From positions 5,413-69,412 of the forward strand of contig QFNN01000003.1 of NCBI GenBank assembly GCA_003240855.1: a DNA stretch of 64,000 nt, given 5' to 3'. Below the pieces are notes generated by a model. That model searched no databases. It was not told the DNA's origin and saw nothing but the letters and a program-made list of their open reading frames with translations. The DNA is from Sphingomonas sanxanigenens (GTDB lineage: Bacteria > Pseudomonadota > Alphaproteobacteria > Sphingomonadales > Sphingomonadaceae). The position numbers and the translations under genes were made by a program. Shown here one piece after another: positions 36,972-46,676 of the stretch (position 1 is its first letter; every line of letters starts with the position of its first letter).

Positions 36972-38470
36972 ATCCGGCGCTTATCCTTGCGCCGCCGCGT
37001 CTGGCGCAGGGCTGGCGCATCCAACTCGCGTGGCTCGGCGCGGTCTGGGGCGCGCTTCTTGTCCTGTTCCACCATGATATTCTCGCAATGGCGGGCATCT
37101 GGTGGAACAGCTCGACCTTCAACCATATCCTCTTCCTCCCGTTCATCATCGTCTGGCTGGTCAGCCTCAGGTGGCGGGCGCTGATGCATTTTACGCCGGC
37201 AGGATGGTGGCCGGGGCTGATCCTCGTCGCGCTCGGAGCGGTCGCGTGGCTGCTGGGCAGCGCCGCCGGCGTCGATTTCGCCTGTCAGCTCGGCGTCGTG
37301 ATGATGATGCAGGGCGCAGCGATCGCGCTGCTCGGCCCTGTCGTATCGTGCGCGCTTGCTTTCCCGATCTTCTATGCTCTTTTCCTCGTCCCCTTTGGCG
37401 AGGAACTGGTGCCGCCGCTCCAGACGCTCACCGCGCGCATGTGTATGGCGCTTCTGCATCTGAGCGGCGTGCCGGCAGCGATCGAAGGTGTCTACATCAC
37501 CATCCCCAACGGCGCTTTCCGCGTGGCGGAGGCATGTTCCGGCGTGAAGTTCCTCGTCGCGATGGTCGCGCTCGGGGCGCTTGCCGCCAATCTCTGCTTT
37601 CATTCGTGGCTGCGGCGTCTTGGCTTCATGGCGGCGTGCGTGGCTGCGCCCATCCTGGCCAATGGCGTCCGCGCTTTCGGCACGATCTGGATCGCGCACC
37701 GCACCAGCAGCGATTTCGCAGTCGGGGTCGATCATGTCGTCTATGGCTGGTTCTTCTTCGCCTTCGTGATCGCGCTGGTCATGGGGACGGCCTGGCCTTT
37801 CTTCGATCGGGGGCCTCGCGATCCCTGGTTCGACGCTGATCGCCTCGCAGACCTCAGTTTCCACGCAGCCAGTTCGCCGCTGGTCGCGCTTGGCTGCCTG
37901 GCGTTTGCAGTCGCGCCCTTGCTGTGGAGCGGGGCGGGAGCGGCAGCGCCGGCACCGCTTTCTGCGCCCCCCACCGTTCCCGGCTGGACGCGTATCGAAG
38001 CGAAGCCCGCCACGCCATGGCGGCCACGCTTCGATCGCGCCGATCACCTCGTCGTGGCGCGCTATCGCGACCGGAGCGGCGCCACGGTCGATCTCGCTAT
38101 CGCCGTCTATGCCGATCAGCGGGGGCGTGAGATGATCGGTTATGGGCAGGGCGCGATCGACCCCGACGCCGATTGGCAGTGGCTGGCCGACAGCGCGTCC
38201 TTCCCGCGCGCCCACGCGCAGCGGATTGCTGCGCCGGGCGGGTTGCAACGCGAGGTTCTTGTTTTCTACCGCGTGGGCGACCTTCTCACCGGCAGCGAAA
38301 GCGAGGCGAAGCTGGAAACCATGAAGGTACGCCTCTTTGGCGGTCCCCAGCGGGCCGTCGCGATCCTCGTATCCGGCGAAGGCGACGGCGCGCGCGCAGC
38401 GGTGGAACGGTTCGTCGCCGCGCTCGGCTCCATTTCGGCTCTTGCCGACCGGGCGGCCGGGCTGGAATAG
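36968..38470 (+). CDS. xrtA: exosortase A (XrtA) fused to a C-terminal EpsI-family domain
   Basis: Residues 1-280 are polytopic and carry the exosortase motifs EACSG (Cys190, nt 37535-37537), NGVRA (Arg235, nt 37670-37672) and VDH..YGW (His256, nt 37733-37735). Residues ~300-500 comprise one TM helix plus a soluble EpsI-like domain. Confidence 0.88.
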   Translation: MNPALILAPPRLAQGWRIQLAWLGAVWGALLVLFHHDILAMAGIWWNSSTFNHILFLPFIIVWLVSLRWRALMHFTPAGWWPGLILVALGAVAWLLGSAAGVDFACQLGVVMMMQGAAIALLGPVVSCALAFPIFYALFLVPFGEELVPPLQTLTARMCMALLHLSGVPAAIEGVYITIPNGAFRVAEACSGVKFLVAMVALGALAANLCFHSWLRRLGFMAACVAAPILANGVRAFGTIWIAHRTSSDFAVGVDHVVYGWFFFAFVIALVMGTAWPFFDRGPRDPWFDADRLADLSFHAASSPLVALGCLAFAVAPLLWSGAGAAAPAPLSAPPTVPGWTRIEAKPATPWRPRFDRADHLVVARYRDRSGATVDLAIAVYADQRGREMIGYGQGAIDPDADWQWLADSASFPRAHAQRIAAPGGLQREVLVFYRVGDLLTGSESEAKLETMKVRLFGGPQRAVAILVSGEGDGARAAVERFVAALGSISALADRAAGLE

Positions 38471-38481
38471 GCGGCCCCACC

Positions 38482-40419
38482 ATGTGCGGCATCGCCGGAA
38501 TCTTCCATATCGAGACAGCCAAGCCTGTCGATCCCGCGCGGGTTCGCGCGATGGCCGATGCACAGGCGCATCGAGGCCCCGATGGTTCGGGCGTATGGAC
38601 CGCGCCCGGCGTGGGTCTTGGGCATCGCCGCCTGTCGATCATCGATATCGAAGGCGGCGCGCAGCCGATGCTGAGCGAGGATGGCCGCATCGCGATAAGC
38701 TATAATGGCGAGATTTATAATTTCGCCGAGGTCCGCGCCGATCTGCAGGCGCGCGGCCACATCTTCCGCACTGCGAGCGATACCGAAGTGATCCTGCATG
38801 GCTGGAGAGAATGGGGGGCGGACTGCCTCGATCGCTTCGATGGCATGTTTGCCTTCGCATTGTTCGACGCGGGGCGGCAATGCCTGTTCCTCGCTCGCGA
38901 CCGTTTGGGCGTGAAGCCGCTCCACTATGCGCTGCTTGGTGACGGCAGCCTGATATTTTCGTCAGAATTAAAAGGGTTGATGGCGCATCCTCTCATGCGT
39001 CGGGATGTCGATCCACGCGCCGTGGAGGATTTTCTCGCCTTCGGCTATGTGCCGGATGATAGCTGCATCGTCGCGGGCGTACGCAAGCTCGCGGCTGGCC
39101 ATCACTTGCTGGTCGAGCGCAAGCGCGGCCTTCGCGAGCCCTCGCGCTGGTGGGATGTCGATTTCACCGCGCGCGCGGGTGGGACGGAGGGAAGCCTCGG
39201 CGATCAGTTGCGCGATCATATGCGCCGCGCCGTGCGTTCGCGCATGATTGCCGATGTTCCCCTCGGCGCTTTCCTTTCGGGCGGCGTTGACAGCAGTTCG
39301 GTCGTTGCGCTGATGGCCGAAGCAAGCCCGCGCGCGGTCAACAGCTTTTCGATCGGCTTCGACGAGGCGGAGCATGACGAAAGCGCCTATGCTGCGGAGG
39401 TCGCCCGGCGCTTCGCCACGGATCATCGCAGCCGCACATTGGCGGCGGATGACTTCGCGCTGATCGGCACCCTTGCAGACGCATTTGACGAGCCTTTCGC
39501 CGATGCTTCCGCGCTTGCCGGCTATCGCCTCTGCCAATTGGCGCGCGATCATGTGAAAGTCGCTCTTTCGGGCGACGGCGCGGATGAAGCCATGGCGGGT
39601 TATCGCCGCTACCGCTTTCAGGTCGCCGAGGAACGCGTTCGGGCGCTGCTGCCCGATCGCCTGCGTCGTCCGTTCTTTGGCGGTCTCGGCAATCTCTATC
39701 CGCAGGCGGACGGGGCGCCGCGTCTGCTGCGTGCGAAGGTCACTCTCCTTGCGCTCGGGATGGACGGAGGGGAGGCCTATGCGCGCGCGGTCGGGATCAC
39801 TGCGCCGGAAATGCGCGCGAAGCTGTTCAGTCCCGCTTTCCGGCGCGAGCTTCAGGGGCACCGCGCCGAAGATCGTTATGTCAGCGCGATGCGTTATGCC
39901 CCGGCTGACAATGCGCTTGATCGCGCCCAATATGCCGACCTCAAAATCTGGCTGCCCGGCGATATCCTGACCAAGGTTGATCGGACGAGCATGGCCGTGG
40001 GTCTTGAGGCGCGCGAGCCGCTGCTCGATCACCGGCTGGTCTCCTTCGAGGCCAGTCTTTCGCCCTCGCTGAGATTGAGAGGAGGCGAAGGCAAGTGGTT
40101 GATGAAGAAGGCTATGGAACCCTTTCTCCCGCGTAATATTCTCTACCGGCCCAAAATGGGGTTCGTCACGCCGGTGGGCGCATGGTTCCGCGGCCCTCTT
40201 GCCGACGAAGCGCGGGCGCTGGCGCGCGCGCCGTTGCTGGGCGGCAGCGGCTGGTTCGATCCTGCCGTGATCGAGATCCTGGTCGCCGAGCATCTGGCGG
40301 CGCGGCGCGATCATGGTCGGTTGCTCTGGCAGCTCGCAATGCTCGAACGGGCATTGGGGCGCCTTTTGGGCGTCAGTAACGAGCGCCCACGAAATACAGC
40401 CCGTCCGGCGGCGCATTGA
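38482..40419 (+). CDS. asparagine synthase-like glutamine amidotransferase, XrtA/PEP-CTERM system-associated
   Basis: N-terminal nucleophile MCGIAGIF, a GATase-II domain, and the SGGVDSS PP-loop of the synthetase domain. Start set at 38482, not the 38173 extension. Confidence 0.92.
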   Translation: MCGIAGIFHIETAKPVDPARVRAMADAQAHRGPDGSGVWTAPGVGLGHRRLSIIDIEGGAQPMLSEDGRIAISYNGEIYNFAEVRADLQARGHIFRTASDTEVILHGWREWGADCLDRFDGMFAFALFDAGRQCLFLARDRLGVKPLHYALLGDGSLIFSSELKGLMAHPLMRRDVDPRAVEDFLAFGYVPDDSCIVAGVRKLAAGHHLLVERKRGLREPSRWWDVDFTARAGGTEGSLGDQLRDHMRRAVRSRMIADVPLGAFLSGGVDSSSVVALMAEASPRAVNSFSIGFDEAEHDESAYAAEVARRFATDHRSRTLAADDFALIGTLADAFDEPFADASALAGYRLCQLARDHVKVALSGDGADEAMAGYRRYRFQVAEERVRALLPDRLRRPFFGGLGNLYPQADGAPRLLRAKVTLLALGMDGGEAYARAVGITAPEMRAKLFSPAFRRELQGHRAEDRYVSAMRYAPADNALDRAQYADLKIWLPGDILTKVDRTSMAVGLEAREPLLDHRLVSFEASLSPSLRLRGGEGKWLMKKAMEPFLPRNILYRPKMGFVTPVGAWFRGPLADEARALARAPLLGGSGWFDPAVIEILVAEHLAARRDHGRLLWQLAMLERALGRLLGVSNERPRNTARPAAH

Positions 40420-41110
40420 AGCCCAGCGCCTCGCGGTCGCGCGCATCCAGCGCGGCCTTCAGGTCTGCGGCTTCCCATTTGCCTTCGCCGACCAGACCGA
40501 GGCAGCCGACCATCGATCGCACCTGATGGTGGAGGAAGGAACGCGCCTCCGCGAAAACGGTGATCCGGTCGCCCGTGCGAGTCACGTCGAGCCGATCGAG
40601 CGTACGGACCGGGCTGTCGGCCTGACAATGAACTGAGCGGAAGGTCGTGAAATCATGGCGTCCGACGAGCAGTTGCGCGGCGTCGTGCATGGCCTCTGCA
40701 TCGAGCGGTTTTGGGACGCGCCAGGCGAGCCCGGCTTCGAAGGTGAGCGGGGCGCGGCGATTGGCGATGCGATATTGATAGGCGCGGCCGAGGCAGGAGA
40801 AGCGGGCGTGCCAGTCGTCCGCGACCGTTTCGCAGGACAGGATCGCGACCGGATCGGGGCGAAGCAGGGCGTTCAGCCCTTCCATGAGCCGGAAGGGCGC
40901 TACTGGCTTCATGACGTCGAGATGCGTACGCATGGCGGTTGCGTGGACGCCCGCATCGGTGCGGCCGGCGGCGTGGACTGCAACCTCTTCGCCCAGCATG
41001 CGAAACGCGGCGCTTTCGATTGCTTCCTGGACGCTCGGGCCATGGTCCTGGCGTTGCCAGCCCATGAACGGCCGCCCGTCATATTCGATCGTCAGCGCGA
41101 AGCGGGTCAA
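40373..41110 (-). CDS. truA: tRNA pseudouridine(38-40) synthase
   Basis: Conserved TruA sequence ([23 protein letters not shown]-terminal GLYFVGARY). Confidence 0.93.
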   Translation of the reverse strand: MTRFALTIEYDGRPFMGWQRQDHGPSVQEAIESAAFRMLGEEVAVHAAGRTDAGVHATAMRTHLDVMKPVAPFRLMEGLNALLRPDPVAILSCETVADDWHARFSCLGRAYQYRIANRRAPLTFEAGLAWRVPKPLDAEAMHDAAQLLVGRHDFTTFRSVHCQADSPVRTLDRLDVTRTGDRITVFAEARSFLHHQVRSMVGCLGLVGEGKWEAADLKAALDARDREALGFNAPPDGLYFVGARY

Positions 41111-42039
41111 AGCCGGGTTCCGGCAGGGATCGGGAATCCGCGAAGCAGTTCCGTAACCGTCATCGCGCCCCGGCCCGCGCGCTGCACGATCTCTGGCCTG
41201 ATTGCGCCCTTGCCGCAGCCGATCGCAAGTTGATCATCAAGGACCACGCCCGGTTCAATTGGGAAGCTGACGTCAAAGGGATCGTCTTTGCTGCTTTGAA
41301 TCCTGACGGTAAGCAGCTTGATCCGTTCGCCCCCATATTCGAACCAGGCGCCCGGGGCCGGATTGAACGCGCGGACATGCCGGTCGACTTGTACGGCGCC
41401 GAGTTTCCAGTCGATCCGCGCCTCGGCCTTTTCGATCTTCGTTGCATAGGTGACGCCGTCGTTTGGCTGCGGGCGGGACGGATGGGCGGCCAAATCGCCG
41501 AGCACGTCGACGATCAGCTCCGATCCCAGGGCCGAAAGGCGTTCGGTGAGTATCCCGGCAGTATCGTAGGGACCGATCTGCGTTTCGACGGTGGCGAGCA
41601 TCGGGCCGGTGTCGAGGCCGGCTTCCATCTGCATGATCGTAACGCCTGTCGTCGTGTCGCCCGCAAGAATCGCCCGCTGGATCGGCGCGGCGCCGCGCCA
41701 GCGCGGGAGAAGCGATGCGTGGACGTTCAGGCAACCATGCAGGGGGGCGGCGAGGATCGGGCGCGGCAGGATCAGGCCATAGGCCGCAACCACCGCGACA
41801 TCGAGGCCAAGCCCGGCGAAGGCTGCCTGCTCGGCCTCGTCGCGAAGCGTCAGCGGGGTGCGGACTTCGATCCCCAGCGCCTCGGCGCGCTGGTGAACGA
41901 GGGAGGGGGTGAGCGCCTTGCCGCGTCCGGCGCGACGCGGCGGCTGGCTGTAGACGACGGCGACGTCGTGCCCGGCCTCGACGAGCGCGTCGAGCGTCGG
42001 CACGGCGAAGGCCGGGGTTCCCATGAAGGCGATACGCAT
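41107..42039 (-). CDS. fmt: methionyl-tRNA formyltransferase
   Basis: [36 protein letters not shown] and a C-terminal Fmt domain. Confidence 0.95.
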   Translation of the reverse strand: MRIAFMGTPAFAVPTLDALVEAGHDVAVVYSQPPRRAGRGKALTPSLVHQRAEALGIEVRTPLTLRDEAEQAAFAGLGLDVAVVAAYGLILPRPILAAPLHGCLNVHASLLPRWRGAAPIQRAILAGDTTTGVTIMQMEAGLDTGPMLATVETQIGPYDTAGILTERLSALGSELIVDVLGDLAAHPSRPQPNDGVTYATKIEKAEARIDWKLGAVQVDRHVRAFNPAPGAWFEYGGERIKLLTVRIQSSKDDPFDVSFPIEPGVVLDDQLAIGCGKGAIRPEIVQRAGRGAMTVTELLRGFPIPAGTRL

Positions 42040-42092
42040 GATTTTGCTGAAACGCTTGGCAGCGGCGAGCGCAACCCCCTATTTGTTCGCAC

Positions 42093-42689
42093 ATGGCTTC
42101 ACAGGAAATAGAGGCGCTCACGCAGGCGCTGGCCCGGCTGCCCGGATTGGGGCCGCGATCGGCGCGCCGCGCGGTGCTGCATCTGATGAAGAAGCGCGAA
42201 ACCGCGCTCGATCCGCTGCTCCGCGCGCTTGAGGCGGTAAACGACCGGCTGGCGACCTGCCATATTTGCGGCAATGTCGATACGACCGACCCGTGCGCGA
42301 TCTGCGCCGATCCCCGCCGCGATGCGCGAGCGCTGTGCGTGGTCGAGGAAGTGTCAGACCTTTGGGCGCTCGAACGCTCACGGCTTTTTCCGGGGCGCTT
42401 CCACGTGCTCGGCGGGCGGCTGTCGGCGCTGGAAGGGGTGCGGCCGGAGGACTTGCGGATCGACAGCCTCGTCTCGCGCATCGCCGCGGGGGGCATCGAC
42501 GAGGTGGTGCTGGCGATGAACGCCACGCTGGAGGGGCAGACCACGGCCCATTATATCGCTGAGCGGATCGAGGCTTATCCGGTGCGGCTGACCCAGCTTG
42601 CCCATGGCCTGCCGGTCGGCGGCGAACTGGATTATCTCGACGAAGGCACGCTGGCGCAGGCGCTGCGCGCGCGGCGGCCGGTGGTTTGA
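42093..42689 (+). CDS. recR: recombination protein RecR
   Basis: HhH motif ([11 protein letters not shown]), C4 zinc finger (CHICGN...CAIC) and a Toprim domain. Confidence 0.95.
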   Translation: MASQEIEALTQALARLPGLGPRSARRAVLHLMKKRETALDPLLRALEAVNDRLATCHICGNVDTTDPCAICADPRRDARALCVVEEVSDLWALERSRLFPGRFHVLGGRLSALEGVRPEDLRIDSLVSRIAAGGIDEVVLAMNATLEGQTTAHYIAERIEAYPVRLTQLAHGLPVGGELDYLDEGTLAQALRARRPVV

Positions 42690-42737
42690 GCCGGCGCTGA
42701 TCTTGACCAAAATCGGCGCGAAACCTACATTCGCGCC

Positions 42738-43265
42738 ATGGCCATTCTTCCGATCATCGAGACGCCGGACCCCCGGCTGCGCATCATCTCAAAGCCCGTC
42801 GAGACGGTTGACGACGAACTGCGCGCACTGATCGCCGACATGTTCGAGACAATGTACGATGCGCCGGGCATCGGTCTGGCCGCGATCCAGGTCGGCGTGC
42901 CCAAGCGGCTGCTGGTCATGGACCTGCAGGAGCCGGAGGAAGAAGGCGGCGAGGCTGTCCGCAAGCCGAGGGTTTTCATCAATCCTGAGATCCTCGAGGA
43001 ATCCGAGGAAACCCAACCCTATAGCGAGGGCTGCCTCTCGGTCCCCGATCAATATGCCGAGGTGCTGCGCCCGGCAGTGATCCGCGCAAAATGGCTGGAC
43101 GAGCATGGCAAGGCGTATGAGGAAACGCTCGACGGGCTGCTCGCCGTCTGCCTCCAGCACGAGATGGATCATCTGGAAGGCATCCTTTTCATCGACCATC
43201 TGTCGAAGCTGAAGCGCGACATGCTGCTGAAGAAGCTGGCCAAGGCGCGCGCCAAGGCGGCCTGA
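42738..43265 (+). CDS. def: peptide deformylase
   Basis: The three PDF motifs are present: [13 protein letters not shown] and HEMDH. Confidence 0.96.
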   Translation: MAILPIIETPDPRLRIISKPVETVDDELRALIADMFETMYDAPGIGLAAIQVGVPKRLLVMDLQEPEEEGGEAVRKPRVFINPEILEESEETQPYSEGCLSVPDQYAEVLRPAVIRAKWLDEHGKAYEETLDGLLAVCLQHEMDHLEGILFIDHLSKLKRDMLLKKLAKARAKAA

Positions 43266-43350
43266 CCCTTCCCACCATTGCGGGCATGGCGATCCGGCAG
43301 GTGCTGCGGCAGCGGCTGGATTGTTTCGTCATGTCCGCAATGGCGGCGTG

Positions 43351-43367
43351 GGCAGCGTGACGCTGCC
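43351..43367 (+). terminator. stem-loop GGCAGCG-TGA-CGCTGCC downstream of def; possible terminator
   Basis: Perfect 7-bp stem, followed by the T-containing but weak tract TGCTGT. Confidence 0.3.
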
Positions 43368-43547
43368 TGCTGTAGGGAATGGCGGAAAATCGCGATTCCC
43401 GGTCTTGGAAGTTGACAAAGTTGAGAGGCTGGAGCGCTGTTCTCAACTTGCGAGTTCGGGCGATGTCAAAGAGCAGCGGCGAGCGTTCCGGATCGGCGCC
43501 AGCCTAGCATCGCACGGCGACTGTAGGACAGCGTTTCAGCGCGGACG

Positions 43548-43985
43548 CTATTCGGGCCGGACGAACCTCAACGGCCGGCTGCCGATCGGCGCGCCGGTGG
43601 CGGCGTCGATCACCACGGGCTGGACCTGCTCGCCCGTCTCCTCATCGACGAAATAGCTGGTCGGGCCGCCGCCATGATGTTTGCGGCCCCAGGCGGCGAT
43701 CGCCTGCAGGACCGGCATGAAGTCGCGTCCGGCAGTGGTCAGCACATATTCGTCGCGCGGAGGGCGTTCCGAATAGCGGCGCTTTTCCAGCAGCCCGTCC
43801 TCAACGAGTGCGGCCAACCGCCGGGTGAGGATGTTGGGGGCGATGCCAAGGCTCTGGCGAATCTGGTCGAAGCGGCCGAGGCCCAGGCCGATGTCACGCA
43901 GGATCAGCATGCTCCAGGCATCGCCGACGCGGGCGACGCCGCGAGCGACGGTGCAAATGCCATCAGAATATTTTCCAGTGTCCAT
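43548..43985 (-). CDS. HxlR-family (MarR-like wHTH) transcriptional regulator
   Basis: C..ARGVARVGDAWSMLILRDI... is typical of HxlR. Start set at MDTGKYSD. It is divergent from an SDR gene. Confidence 0.88.
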   Translation of the reverse strand: MDTGKYSDGICTVARGVARVGDAWSMLILRDIGLGLGRFDQIRQSLGIAPNILTRRLAALVEDGLLEKRRYSERPPRDEYVLTTAGRDFMPVLQAIAAWGRKHHGGGPTSYFVDEETGEQVQPVVIDAATGAPIGSRPLRFVRPE

Positions 43986-44055
43986 TGCAAAATAATAGTA
44001 ACGTTCATATCGAAATGCAAGCGACTCGACGGATCGAGTCGATTGGAGACTGACA

Positions 44056-44862
44056 ATGAGCAATTCCCCCCTCGGAACCGCTGTCGTTACCGGCGCATCC
44101 AGCGGCATCGGCGCCGTCTATGCCGATCGTCTCGCCAGGCGCGGCTATGACCTCATCCTCGTGGCGCGCGACGTTGCGCGCCTCGCGGCGCTGGCCGATC
44201 GGCTGAAGGCCGAAACCGGCCGGAATGTGGACGTGTTACAGGCCGATCTGACCTCGACGGCAGATCTGACGAAGGTGGAAGCGCGTATCGCCGAAGACGT
44301 GGCGATCACGCTGCTGGTCAACAATGCAGGCATGTCGCTCAATGGCGGCATTCTTGAAAACGACGCCGCCAATCTCAGCCGGATCATCGCGCTCAACATC
44401 ACGGCGCCCACGGTGCTGGCTGGCGCGGCGGCGCGCGCCTTCATTGCGCGCAAGGCGGGGGCGATCGTCAACATCGCGTCCGTCCTCGCCCTTACGCCGG
44501 AAATGTTCGACGGCGTTTACAGCGGCACCAAGGCCTATCTGCTCAATCTCAGCCTGTCGCTCGCGCAGCAGGGCAAGCCTGCCGGCGTCTATACGCAGGC
44601 CGTTCTCCCCGGCGCGACGCGCACCGAGATCTGGGAGCGTTCGGGCAAGGATGTCGAAGCCTTCCCGCAGGATATGGTGATGGACGTCAACGATCTGGTC
44701 GATGCGGCGCTGCGCGGCTTCGATCGCCGCGAGGAGGTGACCATTCCGCCGCTGGCCGATGAGAGCCTGTTCGATGCGTGGAATAACGCCCGCCTTGCGC
44801 TGGCGCCTCATCTTTCCAAGCGCGAAGTGGCGCTGCGTTATCGCGAGGTGGTTGACGCCTGA
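44056..44862 (+). CDS. SDR-family oxidoreductase
   Basis: TGASSGIG cofactor motif and YSGTK catalytic motif. Confidence 0.88.
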   Translation: MSNSPLGTAVVTGASSGIGAVYADRLARRGYDLILVARDVARLAALADRLKAETGRNVDVLQADLTSTADLTKVEARIAEDVAITLLVNNAGMSLNGGILENDAANLSRIIALNITAPTVLAGAAARAFIARKAGAIVNIASVLALTPEMFDGVYSGTKAYLLNLSLSLAQQGKPAGVYTQAVLPGATRTEIWERSGKDVEAFPQDMVMDVNDLVDAALRGFDRREEVTIPPLADESLFDAWNNARLALAPHLSKREVALRYREVVDA

Positions 44863-44876
44863 GGCTGGTTCGCGCC

Positions 44877-44896
44877 GCTCCGGCTTACGCCGGAGC
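44877..44896. terminator. bidirectional stem-loop GCTCCGGC-TTAC-GCCGGAGC between the convergent SDR and fhs genes
   Basis: Perfect 8-bp GC-rich stem centred in a 42-bp convergent gap. No strong U-tract on either side. Confidence 0.45.
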
Positions 44897-44904
44897 ACTC
44901 GGCA

Positions 44905-46575
44905 TCAGAACAGACCTTCTATGTGTCCGGCGGGGTCGATGTGGATCGACTCCGCCGCCGGTTTTCTCGGGAGGCCGGGCATCGTCATGATCTCGCCGCA
45001 GATGGCGACGACGAAGCCCGCGCCTGCCGCCAGGCGCACCTCGCGGACAGGCACGACGTGGCCGGTGGGCGCACCGAGCCGCGTCGGATCGGTCGAGAAA
45101 CTATACTGCGTTTTCGCCATGCAGACCGGGAGATGGCCGAAACCGGCTTCCTCCCATCGTTTTAGCTGGGCGTGGACGCCGGGGTCGGCGATTGCCTCTT
45201 CCGCGCGATAGATGCGCGTCGCGACGGTGTTGATCTTCGCGAACAGCGGCAGTTCGTCATCGTAGAGCGGTGCGAACTGCGCGGGGAGTCCGCTGGTGAG
45301 GCGCACGACCTCCTGCGCCAGCGCCTCGGCGCCCGCGCCGCCTTCGGCCCAGTGACGGCAGAGAATGGCCGTTGCGCCATGGCTGGTCGCGATGCGTTCG
45401 ATCTCGGCGACTTCGGCATCGCTGTCGGACGCGAAATGATTGATCGCGACGACCACCGGCAGACCATATTGGCGGATATTCTCGATATGTCGGGCAAGAT
45501 TGACGCCGCCGGCGTGAACCGCCGCGACATTTTCCGCCCCCAGATCCGCTTTGGCGACGCCGCCGTTCATCTTGAGCGCACGGACGGTGGCGACGAGCAC
45601 CACCGCGTCGGGGCGAAGGCCGGCCTGCCGGCATTTGATGTCGAAAAACTTCTCCGCGCCCAGATCCGCGCCGAAGCCGGCCTCGGTCACGACATAGTCG
45701 GCGAGGGCGAGCCCGGCGCGCGTCGCTATCACCGAATTGCAGCCATGCGCGATATTGGCGAAGGGGCCGCCATGGATGATCGCCGGATTGCCTTCCAGCG
45801 TCTGGACGAGGTTGGGCTTGATCGCTTCGGCGAGCAGCACGGCCATTGCGCCGTCGGCCTTCAGGTCGCGCGCGGTCACCGGCTTCCGATCGCGCGTATA
45901 GGCGACGATGATGTCGCCCAGGCGGCGCTCGAGATCCTCCAGACCGTTTGCCAGGCAGAGGATCGCCATGACTTCGGAGGCGACGGTGATGTCGAAGCCC
46001 GATTCGCGCGGGAATCCGTTGGCCACGCCGCCGATCGACTGGACGATGTCGCGCAGCGCGCGGTCATTCATGTCGAGCACGCGCCGCCAGACGATGCGGC
46101 GCACGTCGATGCCCAGTTCGTTGCCCCAGTGGACATGATTGTCGATCATCGCGGCAAGCAGATTGTGCGCGGCGGTGATGGCGTGGAAATCACCCGTGAA
46201 GTGGAGGTTGATGTCCTCCATCGGCACGACCTGCGCCATGCCGCCACCGGTTGCGCCGCCCTTGGTGCCGAAGCAGGGGCCGAGCGAGGGTTCGCGCAGG
46301 CAGAGTGCCGTGCGCTGCCCGATGCGGTTAAGGGCGTCGGCAAGACCGACCGATGTCGTGCTCTTGCCTTCGCCGGCGGGCGTCGGGTTGATCGCGGTGA
46401 CGAGGATCAGCTTGCCTTCGCGGCCCTTGCCCTGGCTTTCGATCCAGCCGAGATCGATCTTGGCCTTGTGGCGGCCATAAGGCTCGATCGCTTCATCGGG
46501 GATGTCGAGCTTTGCCGCGACCTGGCCGATGGGTTGAAGGCGCGCGGCGCGCGAAATCTCGATATCGCTTTTCAT
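44905..46575 (-). CDS. fhs: formate--tetrahydrofolate ligase
   Basis: 556 aa with a highly conserved FTHFS sequence ([35 protein letters not shown]). Confidence 0.96.
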   Translation of the reverse strand: MKSDIEISRAARLQPIGQVAAKLDIPDEAIEPYGRHKAKIDLGWIESQGKGREGKLILVTAINPTPAGEGKSTTSVGLADALNRIGQRTALCLREPSLGPCFGTKGGATGGGMAQVVPMEDINLHFTGDFHAITAAHNLLAAMIDNHVHWGNELGIDVRRIVWRRVLDMNDRALRDIVQSIGGVANGFPRESGFDITVASEVMAILCLANGLEDLERRLGDIIVAYTRDRKPVTARDLKADGAMAVLLAEAIKPNLVQTLEGNPAIIHGGPFANIAHGCNSVIATRAGLALADYVVTEAGFGADLGAEKFFDIKCRQAGLRPDAVVLVATVRALKMNGGVAKADLGAENVAAVHAGGVNLARHIENIRQYGLPVVVAINHFASDSDAEVAEIERIATSHGATAILCRHWAEGGAGAEALAQEVVRLTSGLPAQFAPLYDDELPLFAKINTVATRIYRAEEAIADPGVHAQLKRWEEAGFGHLPVCMAKTQYSFSTDPTRLGAPTGHVVPVREVRLAAGAGFVVAICGEIMTMPGLPRKPAAESIHIDPAGHIEGLF

Positions 46576-46676
46576 GGCGTTTCTAGAGCCGAGCGCGGCG
46601 CGGCTTGCAAGCGGCTGTTGCCAAGCGGCGGCCGAGCGGCCAATGTTGCCCGAATGTTCTTTTTGAAAGCCGATCG

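Noticed and set aside
38173-38481. 103-codon N-terminal extension of the asparagine-synthase-like ORF, overlapping xrtA
   Set aside because: Class-II amidotransferases need Cys as the first residue after Met removal. MCGIAGIF at 38482 is the natural start, and the extension is Arg-rich read-through of the xrtA 3' end in another frame.
41107-43265. def and fmt are not adjacent: recR lies between them and fmt is on the opposite strand
   Set aside because: It is a departure from the classical def-fmt operon. All three genes are intact and ordinary, so this is most likely just lineage-specific gene order.
46576-46676. Possible ZTP (pfl) riboswitch upstream of fhs
   Set aside because: The leader is only ~100 bp and is shared with the divergent rmuC promoter. 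I could not find the conserved GACTGGCG...CCGCCTGGGC-type pseudoknot elements on the fhs strand.
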